From the human T2T-CHM13v2.0 reference genome, Homo sapiens: a stretch of 64,000 nt of DNA. The position numbers were made by a program, and so were the translations under genes. Positions 27,251 to 42,200 of the stretch are shown piece by piece. The stretch lies in NCBI RefSeq assembly GCF_009914755.1, contig NC_060940.1; one strand, given 5' to 3'. The notes under the pieces are model-generated. The model was not told the origin of the DNA, did not search any database, and saw nothing but the letters and a program-made list of their open reading frames with translations. Position 1 is the first letter of the stretch. Each line of letters opens with the position of its first letter.

Positions 27251-30200
27251 ATTCCATACTATTCTATTCGATGATGATTCCATTCGATTCCATTCGATGA
27301 TGATTGGATTCGATTCCATTTGATGATTTCATTTGATTCCATTCGTTAATGATTTCGATCAATTCCATTCGATGATTCCATTCGATTCCATTCGATAATG
27401 ATTACATCCGAGTCCATTCGATGATTCCATTGGAGCCTGTTCGATAATTCCATTTGAGTCCAACCAATGATTCCATTCATTTCCATTCAATGATTCCATT
27501 CGAGTCCATTTGATCATTCCGGTAGGGTCCATTCGATGTTGATTCCATTGGAGTGCATTCGATGATTCCATTCGAGTCCATTTTAGGATTTGATTCGAGT
27601 CCTTTCGATGATTCCATTCGATTCCACTCGATGATGATTTCATTCGAGTCCATTCGACACTTCCAATCGATTCCATTTGATGATTCCATTCGAGTCCAAT
27701 TGATGATTCCATTCAATTCCATTCGATGATGATTCCGTACGATTCCATTCTGTGATGATTCCATGTGATTGCATTCAATGATGATTCCTTTCGATTGCAT
27801 TCGATTATGATTCATTTCGTGTTCATTCTATGGTTCCACAGGTTTCCATTCGTGTCCATTCCATTATTCCATTCTATTCCATTTGATGATGATTCCGTTT
27901 GATTCCATTCATTGGTGATTCCACTCAATTCCATTCAATGATTCCATTCCATTTCTTTCAACAATGATTCCTTTAGTTTCTAATCGATGATCCACTTGAT
28001 TCCATTTGACGACGATTCCATTCTTGTCCATTCGATGATTCCATTTGATTCCATATGATGATGATTCCATTCGATTCCATACCATGATGATTCCATTCGA
28101 GTCCATTCAATGGTGATTCCATTCAATTCCATTCGATGATTCCTTTTGATTCCATTCGATGATGATGGCATTCGATTCCTTTCCATCATTCCCTTTGATT
28201 CCATTCAAAGGTGATTTCATTCAAGTCCATTCGATAATTGCATTCGATTCCATTCTATGATGATTCCATTCGAGTCCATTTGATGATTCCATTCAATTCA
28301 AGTCAATGATGATTCCATTCGATTCCATTCGATGATTCCATTGGATTCCATTCGATGATGATTCCATTCAAATCCATTCGATAATTCAATTCAAGTCCAT
28401 TCGATGATGATTCCAATCGAATCCATTCAAAGATTCCATTCAGTTCCATTCGATGATTCCCTTAGATTCCATTCGATGATTCCACTTGATTGCATTTACG
28501 ATGATTCCATTCGATTCCATGTGATGATTCCATTCAATTCTATTCAATGATGTCTCCATTTGATTCCATTCGACCATGATTGCCTTTGATTCCATTCAAT
28601 GATTCCATTCGGTTCCGTTTGATGATGATTCCGTTCGATTCCATTTGATGATTCCATTTGATTCCATTGGATGAGTCCATTCGATTACATTCGATGATTA
28701 TTCCATTCGAGTGCATTAGATGATTCCATTCGAGTCCATTCGATGATTCCATTCGATTCCATTCGATGTTGATTCTGTTCAAATCCATTCGATGATTCCA
28801 CTCGATTCCATTCGTTGACTCCATTTGATCCCATTCGATGATTTCCTTTGATTCCCTTTGATGATCATTCCATTTGATTCAATTCGGTGATTTCATTTGA
28901 TTCCATTCAGTGATGTTTCCATTCGACTCCATTCGATGATGATTCCATTCGACTCCATTCGATTATGATTTCATTCAATTCCATTCGATAATGATTCCCT
29001 TCGAGTCCATTCGATGATTCCATTCGATTCCATTCAACGATGATTTGATTCGTGTCCATTCGATGATTCCATTTGATTCCACTTGATGATGATTCCATTC
29101 GAGTCCATTTGATGATTCCATTCAATTCCATACTCCGATGATTTCTTTTGAGCCCACTCAATGCTTCCACTCGATTCCATATGATGATGACTCCATTCGA
29201 TGAAATTCGATGATGATTCCATTCGCTTGCTTTCGATGATGATTCCACTTGAGTCCGTTAGAAGATTCTATTCAATTACATTCCATGACGATTCCGTTCG
29301 AGTCCATTTGATGATTCCATTAGACTCCATTCGACGATGATTCCATTCGATGTTATTCGATGATTCCATTCGATCTCATTCGATGATGATTCCATTCAAC
29401 TCCATTCGATGTTTCCATTCGAGTTCATTCTATTATTCCATTACATTCCATTCGATGATGATTCCATTCGATTCCATTTGATGATTGCATTCTATTTCAT
29501 TTGATGATGATTCCATTCGAGTCCACTCGATGATTCCATTCGAGTCCATTTAATGAATCCATTGGTTTCAATTCTATGATGATTACATTGGATTCCATTC
29601 GTTGATGATTTCATTCGGTTCCATTCAATGATGATTCCATTCAATTCCTTTCAATGTTTCCATTCAATTCCATACGATGATGATTCCATTTGATTTGATT
29701 CGACAGTGAGCCATTCGATTCAATTCCATGATGATTCTATTTGATTCAATTGGTTGACATTTCCATTCGATTCCATTCGATGATGATTCCCTTTGATTCC
29801 GTTCAAAGATGATTCCATTCTAGCCCATTCAATCATTCCATTCGATTCTATTGAATGATGATTCCATTCATGTCGATTTGGTGATTCCATTTGACTTCAT
29901 TTGATGATGATTCCTTTCAAGTTCATTAGATGATTCCATTCGATTCCATTTGATGATGATCCCATTCGAGTCCATTCAGTGATTCCATTCGTTTCCATTC
30001 CATGATGATTCCATTCCTTTCCATTCAATGATTCCATTCGATTCCGTTTGATGATGATTTCATTCGAGTCCATTTGTTGATTCCATTTGATTCCATTCGA
30101 TGATGATTCCATTCGAGTCCATTCGATGATTCTATTCGAATCCATTTGATGATTTCTTTTGATTATATTTGGTGATGATTCCATTGGAGTCCATTCAATG

Positions 30201-33200
30201 ATTCCATTTGATTCCAATCGATGGTGATTCCATTAGAGTCCATTTAATGATTCCATTTGATTCCAGTCTCTGATGATTACATTCGAGTCCATACGATGAT
30301 TCCACTCAATTCCATATGATGATGATTCCATTTGATTCCATTCGGTGATTCCATTCTATTCTATTCAATGGTGATTCCATTCGAGTACATTAGATGATTC
30401 CATTCGATTCCATTCAATGATGATTCTATTTGTGTCCCTTAGATGATTCCACATGATTCCATTAGATGATGATACTATTTGAGCCCATCCAATGATTCCC
30501 TTCGATTCCATTCGATGAGGATTCCATTCGATTCAATTCATTGGTGATTCTATTCAATTCAATTCTTTGATTCCATTCCATTCCATTCGACAATGATTCC
30601 ATTCGATTTCTTTCGATGATTCCACTCGATTCCACTTGACATTGATTCCATTCGATTCCATTCAATGATTCCATTTGATTCCAGTGGATGATGATTGCCA
30701 TCGATTCCATTCGATCACTCCATTCTATTCCATTTGATGATGATTACATTCGATTCCATTTGATGATTCCATCTGATTCTATTCGAGGATTCCATTTGAT
30801 TCCATTCGATGATGATTCCATTCGAGTCCATTCGATGATTTCATTCGAGTACATCCAATGATTCCATTCGAGTCCATTAGATGATTCCATTTGATTCCAT
30901 TTGAAAATGATTCTACTAGAGTCCATTCAATGACTCCATTCGAGTCCATTCAACAATTCCATTCGACTCCATTCGATGATTCCATTCGATTCCATTTGAT
31001 GGTTCCATTCGAGTCCATTTAATCATTACAGTCGAGTCCATTTGGTGATTCCACTGGATTTCTTTTGATAATGATACCATTCAATTACATTTGATGATGA
31101 TCCCATTCAATTTCATTTGATGATGATTCCATTAGAGTCCATTCGATGATTTCATTCGAGTCCCTTCATTGATTCCATCCGATTTCATTGGATGATGACT
31201 CCATTCGAGTCCATTCGATGATTCCACTCGATTCCATTAGATGACTCCATTGGAGTCCATTTGATTGTTCCATTCGATTCCATTCGATTCCTTTCGAAGA
31301 TTATTCCATTTGAGTCCATTCGATGATGATTCCATTCCATTCCATTCGATGATTCCGTTTGATTCCATTCGATGATTCCCTTCGATTCCTTTCTTTGATG
31401 ATTCCATTCCATTCAATTCAATGATTCCATTCGAATCTATTCCATGATGATTCCTTTCGATTCCATTCGCTGATGTTTCCGTTCAATTCCATTCGATGAT
31501 GATTCCATTCGATTCCATTCATTGAGGATTCCATTTGATTCCATTCAATGATGATTCCATTCTATTCCATTCAATGATTGCATTCAATTCCATTCAATGA
31601 TTATCCCATTAGAGTAAACTCAACGATTCCATTCAATACCATTCGATGATGATTCCTTTTGAGTCCATTCAATGATTTCATTCAAGTCCATTTGATGATT
31701 CCTTTCAATTCCATTCTATGATGATTCCATTCGAGTCCATTCGATGATTCCATTCGATTGCATTCGATGATTCCATTATATTCCATTCAACGGTGATTCC
31801 ATTCGAGTCCATTCCATGATTCCATTAGAGTACATTTAATGATTGCTTTGTTTTCAATTCGAAGATGATTACATTGGATTCCATTCTATGATACCATTCG
31901 ATTCCATTCAATGATGATTCCACTCAAATCCATTGGATGATTCCATTCGTGTCCATTCGGTGATTTCATTAGATTCCATTCGAGGATGATTCCATTCGAT
32001 TCCATTCGATGATTCCATTCAATTCCATTCGATGATGATTCCATTCCAGTCCATATGATCATTCCATTTGATTTCATTCGATGATGATTCCATTCGATTC
32101 GATTCGACGATTCCATTCTATTCCATTCGATGATGATTCCATTCGAGTCCATTCGATCAATCCATTCGAGTCCATTTAATGATTCCATTGGGTTCAATTC
32201 AATGATGATTACATTGGATTCCGTTCTATGATTCCATTCAATTCCGTTCATTGACAATTTGATTCCATTCGATGATGATTCCATTTGAGTTCATTCGATG
32301 ATTCTATTCGATTCTCTTCGATGGTGATTCAATTCTATTATATTGGATGATTCCATTCGATTCCATTTGATGTTGATTCAATTCGATTCTATTCGATGAT
32401 GATTCCATTGGATTTCACTTGATGATTCTATTCGATTCCATTCAATGATGATTCACTTCTCGTCCATTGGATGATTCCATTTCATTCCATTCGATGATGA
32501 TTCCATTCGATTCCATTCGTTGATTCCATTTGATTCCATGCGACGGTGAGCAATTCGATTCAATTCCATGATGATTCTATTTGATTCAATTAGATGATGT
32601 TTCCATTCGAATCCATTCCATGATTATTCCATTGGAATCCATTCAGCGATGATTCCATATGAGTCAATTCAATGATGATTCCATATGGGTCCGTTCGATG
32701 ATAATTCCATTTGATTTCATTCGATGCTTCTATTCTATTCCAGTCGATGATGATTCCATTGGAGTCCATACGATGATTCCATTTGATTTCATTTGATGAT
32801 GATTCCATTCGATGATGATTACATTGGATTCCATTCTATGATTCCATTCAATTCCATTCGTTGATGATTCGATTCCATTCAATGATGATTCCATTTGAGT
32901 TCATTCGATGATTCTATTCGATTCCGTTCGATGGTGATTCAATTCTATTATATTGGATGATTCCACTCGATTCCATTTGATGATTATTCCATTGGAGTCC
33001 ACTTAGTGAATCCTTTAGATTCTACTCGACGATGATTCCATTCGAGTCCATTCGATGATACCATTCAATTCCATTCGTTGATGCTTCCATTCAAGTGCAT
33101 TCGATGATATCATTCGATTCCATTTGATGATAATTCCATTTGATTCCATGCGATGATTCTATTCGATTCCATTCAATGATAATTCCATTCAGTTCAGTGA

Positions 33201-36200
33201 TTCCTCTGGACTCCATTTGATGATGATTCCATTCAATGATTCCATTCGATTCTATTCGAAAATGATTCCATTTGAATCCATTTGATGATGATTCCATTAG
33301 AGTCCATTTGATGATTCCATTCGATTCCATTCGACGATGATTCCATTCGATTCCGTTTGATGATTCCATTCTATTCTATTCGATGATGATTCCATTCGAT
33401 TCCATTCGATGATGATTGGATTCGATTCCATTGGATGATTTCATTTGATTCCATTCGTTAATGATTTCGATCAATTCCATTCGATGATTCCATTCGATTC
33501 CATTCGATAATGATTACATCCGAGTCCATTCGATGATTCCCTTTGAGCCTGTTCGATAATTCCATTTGAGTCCAACCAATGATTCCATTCATTTCCATTC
33601 AATGATTCCATTCGAGTCCATTTGATCATTCCGGTAGGGTCCATTCGATGTTGATTCCATTGGAGTGCATTCGATGATTCCATTCGAGTCCATTTTAGGA
33701 TTTGATTCGAGTCCTTTCGATGATTCCATTCGATTCCACTCGATGATGATTTCATTCCAGTCCATTCGACACTTCCAATCGATTCCATTTGATGATTCCA
33801 TTCGAGTCCAATTGATGATTCCATTCAATTCCATTCGATGATGATTCCGTACGATTCCATTCTGTGATGATTCCATGTGATTGCATTCAATGATGATTCC
33901 TTTCGATTGCATTCGATTATGATTCATTTCGTGTTCATTCTATGGTTCCACAGGTTTCCATTCGTGTCCATTCCATTATTCCATTCTATTCCATTTGATG
34001 ATGATTCCGTTCGATTCCATTCATTGGTGATTCCACTCAATTCCATTCAATGATTCCATTCCATTTCTTTCAACAATGATTCCTTTAGTTTCTAATCGAT
34101 GATCCACTTGATTCCATTTGACGACGATTCCATTCTTGTCCATTCGATGATTCCATTTGATTCCATATGATGATGATTCCATTCGATTCCATACCATGAT
34201 GATTCCATTCGAGTCCATTCAATGGTGATTCCATTCAATTCCATTCGATGATTCCTTTTGATTCCATTCGATGATGATGGCATTCGATTCCTTTCCATCA
34301 TTCCCTTTGATTCCATTCAAAGGTGATTTCATTCAAGTCCATTCGATAATTGCATTCGATTCCATTCTATGATGATTCCATTCGAGTCCATTTGATGATT
34401 CCATTCAATTCAAGTCAATGATGATTCCATTCGATTCCATTCGATGATTCCATTGGATTCCATTCGATGATGATTCCATTCAAATCCATTCGATAATTCA
34501 ATTCAAGTCCATTCGATGATGATTCCAATCGAATCCATTCAAAGATTCCATTCAGTTCCATTCGATGATTCCCTTAGATTCCATTCGATGATTCCACTTG
34601 ATTGCATTTACGATGATTCCATTCGATTCCATGTGATGATTCCATTCAATTCTATTCAATGATGTCTCCATTTGATTCCATTCGACCATGATTGCCTTTG
34701 ATTCCATTCAATGATTCCATTCGGTTCCGTTTGATGATGATTCCGTTCGATTCCATTTGATGATTCCATTTGATTCCATTGGATGAGTCCATTCGATTAC
34801 ATTCGATGATTATTCCATTCGAGTGCATTAGATGATTCCATTCGAGTCCATTCGATGATTCCATTCGATTCCATTCGATGTTGATTCTCTTCAAATCCAT
34901 TCGATGATTCCACTCGATTCCATTCGTTGACTCCATTTGATCCCATTCGATGATTTCCTTTGATTCCCTTTGATGATCATTCCATTTGATTCAATTCGGT
35001 GATTTCATTTGATTCCATTCAGTGATGTTTCCATTCGACTCCATTCGATGATGATTCCATTCGACTCCATTCGATTATGATTTCATTCAATTCCATTCGA
35101 TAATGATTCCCTTCGAGTCCATTCGATGATTCCATTCGATTCCATTCAACGATGATTTGATTCGTGTCCATTCGATGATTCCATTTCATTCCACTTGATG
35201 ATGATTCCATTCGAGTCCATTTGATGATTCCATTCAATTCCATACTCCGATGATTTCTTTTGAGCCCACTCAATGCTTCCACTCGATTCCATATGATGAT
35301 GACTCCATTAGATGAAATTCGATGATGATTCCATTCGCTTGCTTTCGATGATGATTCCACTTGAGTCCGTTAGAAGATTCTATTCAATTACATTCCATGA
35401 CGATTCCGTTCGAGTCCATTTGATGATTCCATTAGACTCCATTCGACGATGATTCCATTCGATGTTATTCGATGATTCCATTCGATCTCATTCGATGATG
35501 ATTCCATTCAACTCCATTCGATGTTTCCATTCGAGTTCATTCTATTATTCCATTAGATTCCATTCGATGATGATTCCATTCGATTCCATTTGATGATTGC
35601 ATTCTATTTCATTTGATGATGATTCCATTCGAGTCCACTCGATGATTCCATTCGAGTCCATTTAATGAATCCATTGGTTTCAATTCTATGATGATTACAT
35701 TGGATTCCATTCGTTGATGATTTCATTCGGTTCCATTCAATGATGATTCCATTCAATTCCTTTCAATGTTTCCATTCAATTCCATACGATGATGATTCCA
35801 TTTGATTTGATTCGACAGTGAGCCATTCGATTCAATTCCATGATGATTCTATTTGATTCAATTGGTTGACATTTCCATTCGATTCCATTCGATGATGATT
35901 CCCTTTGATTCCGTTCAAAGATGATTCCATTCTAGCCCATTCAATCATTCCATTCGATTCTATTGAATGATGATTCCATTCATGTCGATTTGGTGATTCC
36001 ATTTGACTTCATTTGATGATGATTCCTTTCAAGTTCATTAGATGATTCCATTCGATTCCATTTGATGATGATCCCATTCGAGTCCATTCAGTGATTCCAT
36101 TCGTTTCCATTCCATGATGATTCCATTCCTTTCCATTCAATGATTCCATTCGATTCCGTTTGATGATGATTTCATTCGAGTCCATTTGTTGATTCCATTT

Positions 36201-39200
36201 GATTCCATTCGATGATGATTCCATTCGAGTCCATTCGATGATTCTATTCGAATCCATTTGATGATTTCTTTTGATTATATTTGGTGATGATTCCATTGGA
36301 GTCCATTCAATGATTCCATTCTATTCCAATCGATGATGATTCCATTAGAGTCCATTTAATGATTCCATTTGATTCCAGTCTCTGATGATTACATTCGAGT
36401 CCATACGATGATTCCACTCAATTCCATATGATGATGATTCCATTTGATTCCATTCGGTGATTCCATTCTATTCTATTCAATGGTGATTCCATTCGAGTAC
36501 ATTAGATGATTCCATTCGATTCCATTCAATGATGATTCTATTTGTGTCCCTTAGATGATTCCACATGATTCCATTAGATGATGATACTATTTGAGCCCAT
36601 CCAATGATTCCCTTCGATTCCATTCGATGAGGATTCCATTCGATTCAATTCATTGGTGATTCTATTCATTTCAATTCTTTGATTCCATTCCATTCCATTC
36701 GACAATGATTCCATTCGATTTCTTTCGATGATTCCACTCGATTCCACTTGACATTGATTCCATTCGATTCCATTCAATGATTCCATTTGATTCCAGTGGA
36801 TGATGATTGCCATCGATTCCATTCGATCACTCCATTCTATTCCATTTGATGATGATTACATTCGATTCCATTTGATGATTCCATCTGATTCTATTCGAGG
36901 ATTCCATTTGATTCCATTCGATGATGATTCCATTCGAGTCCATTCGATGATTTCATTCGAGTACATCCAATGATTCCATTCGAGTCCATTAGATGATTCC
37001 ATTTGATTCCATTTGAAAATGATTCTACTAGAGTCCATTCAATGACTCCATTCGAGTCCATTCAACAATTCCATTCGACTCCATTCGATGATTCCATTCG
37101 ATTCCATTTGATGGTTCCATTCGAGTCCATTTAATCATTACAGTCGAGTCCATTTGGTGATTCCACTGGATTTCTTTTGATAATGATACCATTCAATTAC
37201 ATTTGATGATGATCCCATTCAATTTCATTTGATGATGATTCCATTAGAGTCCATTCGATGATTTCATTCGAGTCCCTTCATTGATTCCATCCGATTTCAT
37301 TGGATGATGACTCCATTCGAGTCCATTCGATGATTCCACTCGATTCCATTAGATGACTCCATTGGAGTCCATTTGATTGTTCCATTCGATTCCATTCGAT
37401 TCCTTTCGAAGATTATTCCATTTGAGTCCATTCGATGATGATTCCATTCCATTCCATTCGATGATTCCGTTTGATTCCATTCGATGATTCCCTTCGATTC
37501 CTTTCTTTGATGATTCCATTCCATTCCATTCAATGATTCCATTCGAATCTATTCCATGATGATTCCTTTCGATTCCATTCGCTGATGTTTCCGTTCAATT
37601 CCATTCGATGATGATTCCATTCGATTCCATTCATTGAGGATTCCATTTGATTCCATTCAATGATGATTCCATTCTATTCCATTCAATGATTGCATTCAAT
37701 TCCATTCAATGATTATCCCATTAGAGTAAACTCAACGATTCCATTCAATACCATTCGATGATGATTCCTTTTGAGTCCATTCAATGATTTCATTCAAGTC
37801 CATTTGATGATTCCTTTCAATTCCATTCTATGATGATTCCATTCGAGTCCATTCGATGATTCCATTCGATTGCATTCGATGATTCCATTATATTCCATTC
37901 AACGGTGATTCCATTCGAGTCCATTCCATGATTCCTTTAGAGTACATTTAATGATTGCTTTGTTTTCAATTCGAAGATGATTACATTGGATTCCATTCTA
38001 TGATACCATTCGATTCCATTCAATGATGATTCCACTCAAATCCATTGGATGATTCCATTCGTGTCCATTCGGTGATTTCATTAGATTCCATTCGAGGATG
38101 ATTCCATTCGATTCCATTCGATGATTCCATTCAATTCCATTCGATGATGATTCCATTCCAGTCCATATGATCATTCCATTTGATTTCATTCGATGATGAT
38201 TCCATTCGATTCGATTCGACGATTCCATTCTATTCCATTCGATGATGATTCCATTCGAGTCCATTCGATCAATCCATTCGAGTCCATTTAATGATTCCAT
38301 TGGGTTCAATTCAATGATGATTACATTGGATTCCGTTCTATGATTCCATTCAATTCCGTTCATTGACAATTTGATTCCATTCGATGATGATTCCATTTGA
38401 GTTCATTCGATGATTCTATTCGATTCTCTTCGATGGTGATTCAATTCTATTATATTGGATGATTCCATTCGATTCCATTTGATGTTGATTCAATTCGATT
38501 CTATTCGATGATGATTCCATTGGATTTCACTTGATGATTCTATTCGATTCCATTCAATGATGATTCACTTCTCGTCCATTGGATGATTCCATTTCATTCC
38601 ATTCGATGATGATTCCATTCGATTCCATTCGTTGATTCCATTTGATTCCATGCGACGGTGAGCAATTCGATTCAATTCCATGATGATTCTATTTGATTCA
38701 ATTAGATGATGTTTCCATTCGAATCCATTCCATGATTATTCCATTGGAATCCATTCAGCGATGATTCCATATGAGTCAATTCAATGATGATTCCATATGG
38801 GTCCGTTCGATGATAATTCCATTTGATTTCATTCGATGCTTCTATTCTATTCCAGTCGATGATGATTCCGTTGGAGTCCATACGATGATTCCATTTGATT
38901 TCATTTGATGATGATTACATTCGATGATGATTACATTGGATTCCATTCTATGATTCCATTCAATTCCATTCGTTGATGATTCGATTCCATTCAATGATGA
39001 TTCCATTTGAGTTCATTCGATGATTCTATTCGATTCCGTTCGATGGTGATTCAATTCTATTATATTGGATGATTCCACTCGATTCCATTTGATGATTATT
39101 CCATTGGAGTCCACTTAGTGAATCCTTTAGATTCTACTCGACGATGATTCCATTCGAGTCCATTCGATGATACCATTCAATTCCATTCGTTGATGCTTCC

Positions 39201-42200
39201 ATTCAAGTGCATTCGATGATATCATTCGATTCCATTTGATGTTAATTCCATTTGATTCCATGCGATGATTCTATTCGATTCCATTCAATGATAATTCCAT
39301 TCAGTTCAGTGATTCCTCTGGACTCCATTTGATGATGATTCCATTCAATGATTCCATTCGATTCTATTCGAAAATGATTCCATTTGAATCCATTTGATGA
39401 TGATTCCATTAGAGTCCATTTGATGATTCCATTCGATTCCATTCGATGATGATTCCATTCGATTCCGTTTGATGATTCCATTCTATTCTATTCGATGATG
39501 ATTCCATTCGATTCCATTCGATGATGATTGGATTCGATTCCATTTGATGATTTCATTTGATTCCATTCGTTAATGATTTCGATCAATTCCATTCGATGAT
39601 TCCATTCGATTCCATTCGATAATGATTACATCCGAGTCCATTCGATGATTCCCTTTGAGCCTGTTCGATAATTCCATTTGAGTCCAACCAATGATTCCAT
39701 TCATTTCCATTCAATGATTCCATTCGAGTCCATTTGATCATTCCGGTAGGGTCCATTCGATGTTGATTCCATTGGAGTGCATTCGATGATTCCATTCGAG
39801 TCCATTTTAGGATTTGATTCGAGTCCTTTCGATGATTCCATTCGATTCCACTCGATGATGATTTCATTCGAGTCCATTCGACACTTCCAATCGATTCCAT
39901 TTGATGATTCCATTCGAGTCCAATTGATGATTCCATTCAATTCCATTCGATGATGATTCCGTACGATTCCATTCTGTGATGATTCCATGTGATTGCATTC
40001 AATGATGATTCCTTTCGATTGCATTCGATTATGATTCATTTCGTGTTCATTCTATGGTTCCACAGGTTTCCATTCGTGTCCATTCCATTATTCCATTCTA
40101 TTCCATTTGATGATGATTCCGTTCGATTCCATTCATTGGTGATTCCACTCAATTCCATTCAATGATTCCATTCCATTTCTTTCAACAATGGTTCCATTAG
40201 TTTCTAATCGATGATCCACTTGATTCCATTTGACGACGATTCCATTCTTGTCCATTCGATGATTCCATTTGATTCCATATGATGATGATTCCATTCGATT
40301 CCATACCATGATGATTCCATTCGAGTCCATTCAATGGTGATTCCATTCAATTCCATTCGATGATTCCTTTTGATTCCATTCGATGATGATGGCATTCGAT
40401 TCCTTTCAATCATTCCCTTTGATTCCATTCAAAGGTGATTTCATTCAAGTCCATTCGATAATTGCATTCGATTCCATTCTATGATGATTCCATTCGAGTC
40501 CATTTGATGATTCCATTCAATTCAAGTCAATGATGATTCCATTCGATTCCATTCGAAGATTCCATTGGATTCCATTCGATGATGATTCCATTCAAATCCA
40601 TTCGATAATTCAATTCAAGTCCATTCGATGATGATTCCAATCGAATCCATTCAAAGATTCCATTCAGTTCCATTCGATGATTCCCTTAGATTCCATTCGA
40701 TGATTCCACTTGATTGCATTTACGATGATTCCATTCGATTCCATGTGATGATTCCATTCAATTCTATTCAATGATGTCTCCATTTGATTCCATTCGACCA
40801 TGATTGCCTTTGATTCCATTCAATGATTCCATTCGGTTCCGTTTGATGATGATTCCGTTCGATTCCATTTGATGATTCCATTTGATTCCATTGGATGAGT
40901 CCATTCGATTACATTCGATGATTATTCCATTCGAGTGCATTAGATGATTCCATTCGAGTCCATTCGATGATTCCATTCGATTCCATTCGATGTTGATTCT
41001 CTTCAAATCCATTCGATGATTCCACTCGATTCCATTCGTTGACTCCATTTGATCCCATTCGATGATTTCCTTTGATTCCCTTTGATGATCATTCCATTTG
41101 ATTCAATTCGGTGATTTCATTTGATTCCATTCAGTGATGTTTCCATTCGACTCCATTCGATGATGATTCCATTCGACTCCATTCGATTATGATTTCATTC
41201 AATTCCATTCGATAATGATTCCCTTCGAGTCCATTCGATGATTCCATTCGATTCCATTCAACGATGATTTGATTCGTGTCCATTCGATGATTCCATTTGA
41301 TTCCACTTGATGATGATTCCATTCGAGTCCATTTGATGATTCCATTCAATTCCATACTCCGATGATTTCTTTTGAGCCCACTCAATGCTTCCACTCGATT
41401 CCATATGATGATGACTCCATTAGATGAAATTCGATGATGATTCCATTCGCTTGCTTTCGATGATGATTCCACTTGAGTCCGTTAGAAGATTCTATTCAAT
41501 TACATTCCATGACGATTCCGTTCGAGTCCATTTGATGATTCCATTAGACTCCATTCGACGATGATTCCATTCGATGTTATTCGATGATTCCATTCGATCT
41601 CATTCGATGATGATTCCATTCAACTCCATTCGATGTTTCCATTCGAGTTCATTCTATTATTCCATTAGATTCCATTCGATGATGATTCCATTCGATTCCA
41701 TTTGATGATTGCATTCTATTTCATTTGATGATGATTCCATTCGAGTCCACTCGATGATTCCATTCGAGTCCATTTAATGAATCCATTGGTTTCAATTCTA
41801 TGATGATTACATTGGATTCCATTCGTTGATGATTTCATTCGGTTCCATTCAATGATGATTCCATTCAATTCCTTTCAATGTTTCCATTCAATTCCATACG
41901 ATGATGATTCCATTTGATTTGATTCGACAGTGAGCCATTCGATTCAATTCCATGATGATTCTATTTGATTCAATTGGTTGACATTTCCATTCGATTACAT
42001 TCGATGATGATTCCCTTTGATTCCGTTCAAAGATGATTCCATTCTAGCCCATTCAATCATTCCATTCGATTCTATTCAATGATGATTCCATTCATGTCGA
42101 TTTGGTGATTCCATTTGACTTCATTTGATGATGATTCCTTTCAAGTTCATTAGATGATTCCATTCGATTCCATTTGATGATGATCCCATTCGAGTCCATT

